Assembly (NCBI GenBank): GCA_964106645.2 | Contig: OZ067053.1 | DNA length: 64,000 bases | Source of the DNA: Podarcis pityusensis | Lineage: Eukaryota | Strand: one strand, 5' to 3' | Part shown: one piece after another, positions 57,301 through 64,000 of the stretch | Layout of the letters: each line of letters opens with the position of its first letter | How positions within the stretch are numbered: the first letter of the stretch is position 1 | Notes under the pieces: model-generated | The model's input: the letters and a program-made list of their open reading frames with translations, nothing else | Told to the model about the DNA's origin: nothing | Database searches by the model: none | Position numbers and translations under genes: made by a program

Positions 57301-58953
57301 AGCTGCAACTTGCAATTGGAAGAAGCCACTCCAGACACAAGCGGACCGCCTCAGTAAGAACTAGGCTTAAGTTTGTCCGTCCCTTTGTCAATTATCACAC
57401 TGTCAATGAAAAGCCAAATTGGTCTTGCAGCTGTTGGTTTTCTAACTAGGCAAGGGAAGCTTCCTCCCCTCCCCTTTTCACCTTCGTTCTCGTGTACCAA
57501 AAGAGGAGCAAGGACATGAGGGTCACAGGTCTCTTACACACCCTCAACAAACATGTGAAGTGTCCCAGAACTGCAAAAAACAGGTTACTGCCTTTGATTA
57601 AGAGGACGAAGGGATGGGTGTATGGGAGGCTAAATTGTACAGAGCTGTTTTCAAAGGCAGGACTTTGTGTGAATGCTGAGATTTTGGAGAACGACAGGGG
57701 CACGACGGATGGGGGACAGAATGGGGACAGTTAAGAACAGGATTCAACTACCTGACAGTCCTGGCTTTTTCTTTTTTAAAAAATCAAGTTTCTAGTCCTT
57801 ATAGTTGTGAAATGTATGCTTGAAAGCGTGTGAGCTGATGAAATCTCAAGAAGCCGGAGGGGCTGCTAACTGAAACTTTTTCTGAAACGCCAGTGCCCTT
57901 GCCCGCTCACCTAGTACCAGCAAAACCAGAATGATGCAAGAGTCGAAGTTATGCAAAGCAATTATGAAAATGGATTGAATTCAGATGATTTTTAATGGGT
58001 TACTCACCGCCTCGGCTGAAGGCTCCACCATGCTTCTGAAATTACTAACAGGGACCAGCCTGTGCTTTCTGGATTTCCCAAGAGCGACATACAACCTCCC
58101 ACTTTTCCTCTCTCTCTTTCTCTCTTCCACGCCCCATATCTTAGCCCCACCAAGGCAATGTTCTCCTCCATTTCTGGAGCTGAAATCCCAGGCGCCTTTT
58201 GCTTTCCATTTGTCCTTCTCGTTCAGGATTATTCCACCCTTTTCAAAGACAATACCAAACTGGCAAGGAAACAGTTTTTCTCCAAAGCAGCATCCGCAAA
58301 AAATCTTGGACAGGAATCCTGGAAGGACCAGGCCTTTGCAGCACATTCTGAGCTACGTTTCCTTTAGGAACATATGAATTAACTCCACGTCTCACGTGCA
58401 CCAACCTCGTGAGCAGAAACGCTGCCGCCGCCCTTGCAGAGCAGGGATGTCCAAAGGAACTCAATTCTCTCCCCCCCCCCCCAAAAAAGAGGTTTTTGGT
58501 TGGGTTTCTTTGCTTTTTAAAGTCACCTACAACTCTCTCCCAGAACTGAGAAGGCACCCCACTCCAAAATCCACAGCTGGGCAACACATCTCTATTTAAA
58601 TCAGCCAAACTGTTACAAAACAGTGTGCAAACTTTTGAGTTGTCCAGATGAGGTTTAAACTTTGAGATCTGCATTTGAACTCAGTCTGAAGATGGAGATT
58701 GCAGACTGATTTAGCCTTCTGCTAGGTGCTTGCAGGGATCAGGTTACACACCTAGGATTCTCTTTGTTTCAAAAAACGCAAAGCCAGGCTATTACCCAGA
58801 TCTGCCTCACACCGTATACGAAATGCCCAAGTTCCTGGTTAGGCAGAAGTAGAAAAAGAGAGCAACATAATAGCCTTTACATTAGGAAAGCCAGAGATTA
58901 ATTTTGGGTGGTGCACTAGCTAAAAGAGTCAAGCAAAGCCAAGTTATGTAGTA

Positions 58954-59171
58954 CAATGGTACCACTGGTTACAAACTTAATTCTTTCTGGAGGTCCTTTC
59001 TTAACCCGAAACCATTCTTAACCTGAGGTACCACTTCAGCTAATGGGGCCTCCCGCTGATGCCGTTGTGCGATTTCTGTTCTCATCCTGAGGTAAAGTTC
59101 TTAACACGAGGTACTACTTCCGGGTTAGCGGAGTCTGTAACCCAAAGTGTTTGTAACCCGAGGTATCACTG
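58954..59171 (+). mobile_element. Tc1/mariner-pogo MITE, family A-related, diverged copy
   Basis: Degenerate TIRs caatggtacc / ggtatcactg flanked by TA. The internal sequence is homologous to the copies at 5023 and 7561. Confidence 0.75.
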
Positions 59172-61899
59172 TATTACCTAGCAGCTGGCAGGCATGCAAT
59201 CCTCAAAATGCAAAGCTTCTCTCCAGGTGGTCGAAAACCATCCTCCCTCTGGTTGTCGATTTGTCCCTGAACAGCGAAATTTGGTATTGGGAAGACCACG
59301 TCCCAAAACGTACACTAGCAACCTGAAATAATTGCAATCACCCCCTTTTTTTTTAGAAAGACTCCAGTGGAAAAGACCTTCTTTCGGACCCTAAAGTAAT
59401 GTTAACCTTCAAAGCGGTTTCTCTCTCTGTCTCTTCTCCCATTGCTTAATTGTGCCCTCAACAAACCCTTGCAGCAAAGGGACACATGGTGAAAGGCAAA
59501 TTAACACACTGTGCCTTGAAGACCAGGCCAGGAACCACCTCATGAACAAACTGGAAGAAGGAATGCAACACAGGCCTTACCAGGCAGGAAGGTGCAAGGT
59601 GGACAAGGCAGGGAAGCTGGAAAACACAGAGTCCCTTTCAAGAGCTGAGGGGAAGAAAATGCCAGTGAGGGGGAAAGGAAACGTTTGCGGGGGACTCAGC
59701 CAGGGCTGTCTTCAGGTTGCTTTTTAAGCCTTCTTGTCCTGTCCTAGCAATCTCTTAAATCTGCTGTCTTTCAATGGGCGCTTCAAGGTCCTGCTTCTCA
59801 CTGAGGTGGTAAACTTCTGTCAGGGCTATACAGCTACAGGTTGCAATTTATGTGACTGAATATGCGCCCATGCCAACAAATAAAACCCAGTGATCAGGGA
59901 GCATTCAGTCAGCTGAGCCCTCACCTGCAGTCTAGTAATAAAGGCACAGGGTTGGCTACTTGAGGACTACTAGGCCTCAGAATAGGGCAAGAGTGGGGAA
60001 CATGGGGCACTCCTGATGCAGCCGGACCCCCAACGAGGATGACCAATGTTCAGATGGGAGTTAGATGCCAGCAATATCTGGAGGGCTCCCACTGGCTGCC
60101 CACCCCAACAAAGCGTCATGTCAGGAGTTGGGAGTTTTTGAACTTGAAGTTCTCTCCCTCCCTTACCAACCAAGCGAGCCACCCCCTCCACAGCCCCCAA
60201 AGTCCCCAGGCCAAAGCCCTAGCTGACCGACTGTGCCTCTGGCGCCAACCATGAATCTTACCACTTTAAAAGAGACAACACACACAAAACTTTGTCCAGC
60301 CTGCTAGCCTGGCCAAGACACCCCTTGGCCTTGCTTTGTGTATGGGTCACTTCCCCCCCCCAACTTGGTTCACTTGGGACGTTTGGCCTCTCCTCGAAGA
60401 CACTTTGAAAAGTGGGGTTGGGGGAGAAAGTGTCTCCACTCCCGACCCATCAAAGCCCCTTTTCAGAGCTGCCCATTCCAGTGGAGACTTATAGGGGAAA
60501 CCCAGCAACTTTTGTGCTAGGAAAGCTTTTGGGACGCCTGCCACGCAGGACAAAAAAAGGGGGTGAGAGTTAATGTTCAGTGTCAACTAAATTCAAATAA
60601 ACTTTTGTGGTTGTCGTGGGAGCTCCAAGCGAGCTGCCATGGGGCCAGGAACTGCTCCAGAAAGTGTCTGGGGGGTTAGTGTTGCACCAGGCCAGAGTTT
60701 GCTTGCTGCAGAGGTGCCACGCCCAAAGGAAACCCATGATCCAGCAACCACGGTGGTGGAGGAGGAAGAAGCGACAGAACCAGTATGCTCCGGCCTGCCC
60801 TACCTGCCAGGGCAGAGGCCAACACCCTTTTCACCTAACCAAATCTCGGCCTTGCCCAGAGATACAGAGCAGAACTGAGAGCAAAGCTGGGTGTCATTGT
60901 GGAGCCATCTGTGGCTCTGGAGAGCCAGCCAGGAGGAAAACAACAATCCTGGATGAGAAGAGGTGGAGGAACTCCCCAACAAGAGTGGACTCTATAATAA
61001 GACGGAGCTCTAAACTGGCCCCTACAATCTGCTAGGGGAACCATGTCTGCTACAGGACAAGGATGTGGGGTGCACAGAACAAAGGTGGGGGACTTATTGC
61101 CACTGTGGATTCCTATAGGGTGGGGCACAGAGCTGCTCAACCGCCTAGCCCAGGGGGCACAGCCTCAGAAATGCACATTTCTATAAATCTCCCCAGTGGG
61201 CCTCTAAAAATTAAACTCACCAGTGTTATGGAACAAGCACTCCCCTCAGCTATATAAACTCCCACAGAATTATTTGCAGCCCCCTAGATCAGACACCCCA
61301 CATGGTCCCATTAAAATATCTGTGTTCCTAAAGAGGAGAGTTTGGCTGCAGAGGGAAGAGAAACTTTCGTAACTCTACCCTACAGAAGAAACACGTCTTC
61401 AAGTCTGTCCCATGGATTTGTAGACACTTCTTCAAAGCCCCATGGAATAGCTTACCAATAGCTGTGCAAAGGCCCCTGGCTCCCCCAGAATGCCCCATAC
61501 ACTGACAGAGAATAGTCTTCTTTATTGAAAACCTCCCCAAATCTCGCCCTGCTCCACACCTAAACAGCTCCTGCTGACAAGCCACGTGCAAAGTGCTTTC
61601 CCTCAGACTCATAGAGCTCCCAGATTCCCCCAGCCTCACCCCACAGAAAAGCATGCACACAGCCAGTTTCTGTGGAACTTCACTACCCCTCCTTCAAGGC
61701 GCCTCCACAGACGAGACCCCCCCCTACTTTGCATGCAACGTGTTGGCTCTTTTGCCCCTCTCTCCTGCTTGAGAGAGATCCCTTCCTGGACTCACCCGCC
61801 CCCCCTCAATCCCAAGTTTTGGAGCGGGGCTCAGCCCCTCCCTCCCTCTGCCAGCTAAAAAGCCTGCTTCGCATTAGTCAGTCTTTCCAACCACCGCAT

Positions 61900-63740
61900 T
61901 CCAGAGGCAGCTGGAGGGGGGCCAAGTGGGGGGGAGCGGCAGGGAGGAGCTTCCCCACCTACTAGAGGGCCAGCCCCGGACTGAGCCAGGCGAGGCGGCC
62001 GCGGGGACGGACGGCCGCTCCCTCTCCGGCGAAACGACGCGCAAAAGTTTGAGCCCAGGAGGAGTCGCCGCGCCTGTTGCAGGCTGGATCCGAAGTGACA
62101 TCCAGCGCAAGACGCAAAGCGTCCCCCCCTTTTTTTTTGCACGCGGATTCGTAAGTGCAGCACATTCCCCATTCTACAGATGACCAGACTTTTCTCGACA
62201 AGCAATGCGAAAGGGAGCCACTCCGAATTAAGCCAAGAGAAAAAATACTCTCGGGAGGGAAGTGGAATTTCGAAGCCCATCCAGCCCCTAGAAAAAAACA
62301 CACCCTTAGGACGGGGGGGGGGGCAGAGATGAGCTTTGCAAAAGACTGTGCAGACCTTACTCCCCCGTAATCCGAAAGAACGCAAAAAAGGCGTCATTCC
62401 CTCAAAATTCAAAAAGTCCGAAGAGGTTGGGAGGGGATCTCTAACACACACACACCCGTTGATTGCAACCGGCCGATCTCCTGAGGGTTGCACGCCTTCC
62501 GATCTGCAAACTGGATGCCACAAAAAGAAGTCACTCCGGAGTAAGCCAACGCCTTGACGGGCATGCGCACCAGCGTCTCGTGCAGCAACCCTGGGGGGAC
62601 ATCCGAGCTCCCCTCCATCAGACTCGCCTCCGGACAAAACCCTACTTCCAAAAGCACCACCCCCTCGCATCGCCCCTCAAGCCCCCCCCAGCCAACTAGC
62701 CCAACTAACGTCGTGTAAACAAGCCGATGGTTTTCTCTCTTTCTCTCACACACACACACACCGCCTATCCACACGCGGATAGCCTCCCAGTTGTGGATCC
62801 AGCCCCGCTCCTTCACCAGGTCTTGCTACCCCCACTTCTCAATGGGCACCCCTCCCCTCAAAGTACGATAGGGCGGGGTCACACCCAGCGGAAAGCCCTG
62901 GACTTTCTCGAAGTGAGAGGGAGTGAGTGGGTGGCTCTTCTCCAGAGTCATTTCCATAATTTCGGTTTCCAATAAATACGAATCGGCACAGATCCCGGAA
63001 TCTCCCGCTCGCTTGGTCACATCTCCGCACCCGAAACCGATCCGGTTTCTACGCGCACCAAAACTTTCAAACTTTTCCATCAACTTCTCTGCAAAAAAAA
63101 GGGCTGCGGAAGCTCCGCCACCCTCCCGCCTCGTGTGCCAAGGGCGTTGCCCAGAGGTGCCAAGGCTGGACGGGGGGGCTAAGCAAACAGAGAGGGGAAC
63201 CCTTTTCGACAAGGCACAGCTTTTAAAACATACAAACTTTTTGAGGGGGGGGCGCTTGAAGGAGACTAACTTGTGCTCTGCAAAAATGTGCCCAAGTTTA
63301 TTTTCAAGTATGCAGGAGGATGGGTGGGGGGCGAAATTAAATAGAGTCCCGTCAGCCCTGGTGAGGCTGTGGCCGTGCGATGGGGCTACCAGACCTCCCC
63401 CCCTTTCCCGGCCCAAGCTGACCACCTCCCCCCCCCACTGCCTGCCAGCCCGCCCGGATGGTACCTGCGGGTCCGTGGCCTTCAGCTGCCCGGCACGGCC
63501 ATGCCCGGCGTCGTCCCGGTCGCTGCTTCTGCCCAGACCCCGATCCTGTCCTGGATTCCTGGAGGCGGTAGCTGAGCCCCGGCGAGCAGGCTCTCTCGCG
63601 TGGTATCCCTGCCGCAGGAGCGCACCGAGTGGGCAGCACCCAGTCTAGGGCTGCGCTCTTGTAACTCTCAGCCCGGGATGGGTGTGACTCTCTCTCTCCG
63701 CTCGCTCGCTCCCCTTCCCGGAGCTGGGGAGGGAGGGACC
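61900..63740. promoter_or_regulatory. CpG island, likely the AHNAK promoter and 5' part of intron 1
   Basis: CpG density rises sharply relative to the preceding 30 kb, and GC boxes are present. Confidence 0.65.
63465..63640 (-). other. AHNAK: Probable AHNAK non-coding exon 1 (TSS approximate)
   Basis: A CAG/GTACCA donor at 63465/63464 lies within the only large CpG island upstream of exon 2. This implies an intron 1 of ~34 kb. Confidence 0.5.
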
Positions 63741-63749
63741 AAGCCAGGC

Positions 63750-63755
<6 letters not shown>

Positions 63756-63808
<53 letters not shown>
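63756..63808. repeat. (GA)26 microsatellite
   Basis: Read directly from the sequence. Confidence 0.95.
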
Positions 63809-63809
<1 letters not shown>

Positions 63810-63845
63810 AGCGGAGCAAGCTCTGCCCCCCACCCCACTCACTCT

Positions 63846-64000
63846 CAGAAGAGGAGCCTGCTGGATCAGACCAGTGGCCCACCTAGTCCAGCATCCTGTT
63901 CTCACAGTGGCCAACCAGATCTGCCTGGGAGAAACCAAGCAGGATCCGAGCGCAAGAGCCCCAGTTGTTCCCAGCTAGCAGCCATTGATAGCCCTCTCCT
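63846..64000 (-). mobile_element. CR1-like LINE 3' end fragment
   Basis: gagcctgctggatcagaccagtggcccacctagtccagcatcctgttctcacagtggccaaccag. Confidence 0.55.

Noticed and set aside
29400-63400. Numerous 60-270 aa ORFs in AHNAK intron 1
   Set aside because: They show no recognisable domains or consistent exon structure, and are explained by chance, GC-rich sequence or TE remnants.

Overview
This is eukaryotic (vertebrate) genomic DNA, most likely a lacertid or other squamate lizard, inferred from a Sauria SINE, BovB, CR1 tails and Tc1/pogo-type MITEs. It holds three genes. (1) ARL2 coding exon 1 on the minus strand, followed by a U12-type (minor spliceosome) donor, with the rest of the gene off the left edge. 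(2) A complete two-exon SAC3D1 on the plus strand, head-to-head with ARL2. (3) An apparently complete AHNAK on the minus strand spanning about 8.9-63.6 kb: a CpG-island first exon, a ~34 kb intron, a non-coding exon 2, two PDZ exons and one 15.8 kb repeat-coding exon, giving ~5390 aa. The rest is intronic or intergenic sequence with many transposon fragments. There are no CRISPR arrays, rRNA genes or bona fide tRNA genes. I found no convincing wholly new system. The best leads are a single-event 5'-inverted, internally deleted BovB insertion with a 14-bp TSD nested in a hairpin element next to the SAC3D1 promoter; a hierarchical 162/222/429/606/828/1656-bp repeat grammar in AHNAK; a shortened AHNAK C-terminus; a speculative CaaX-ending alternative terminal exon; and motif clusters in the AHNAK 3'UTR. 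Gene and repeat names come from my recall of the families, not from database searches.
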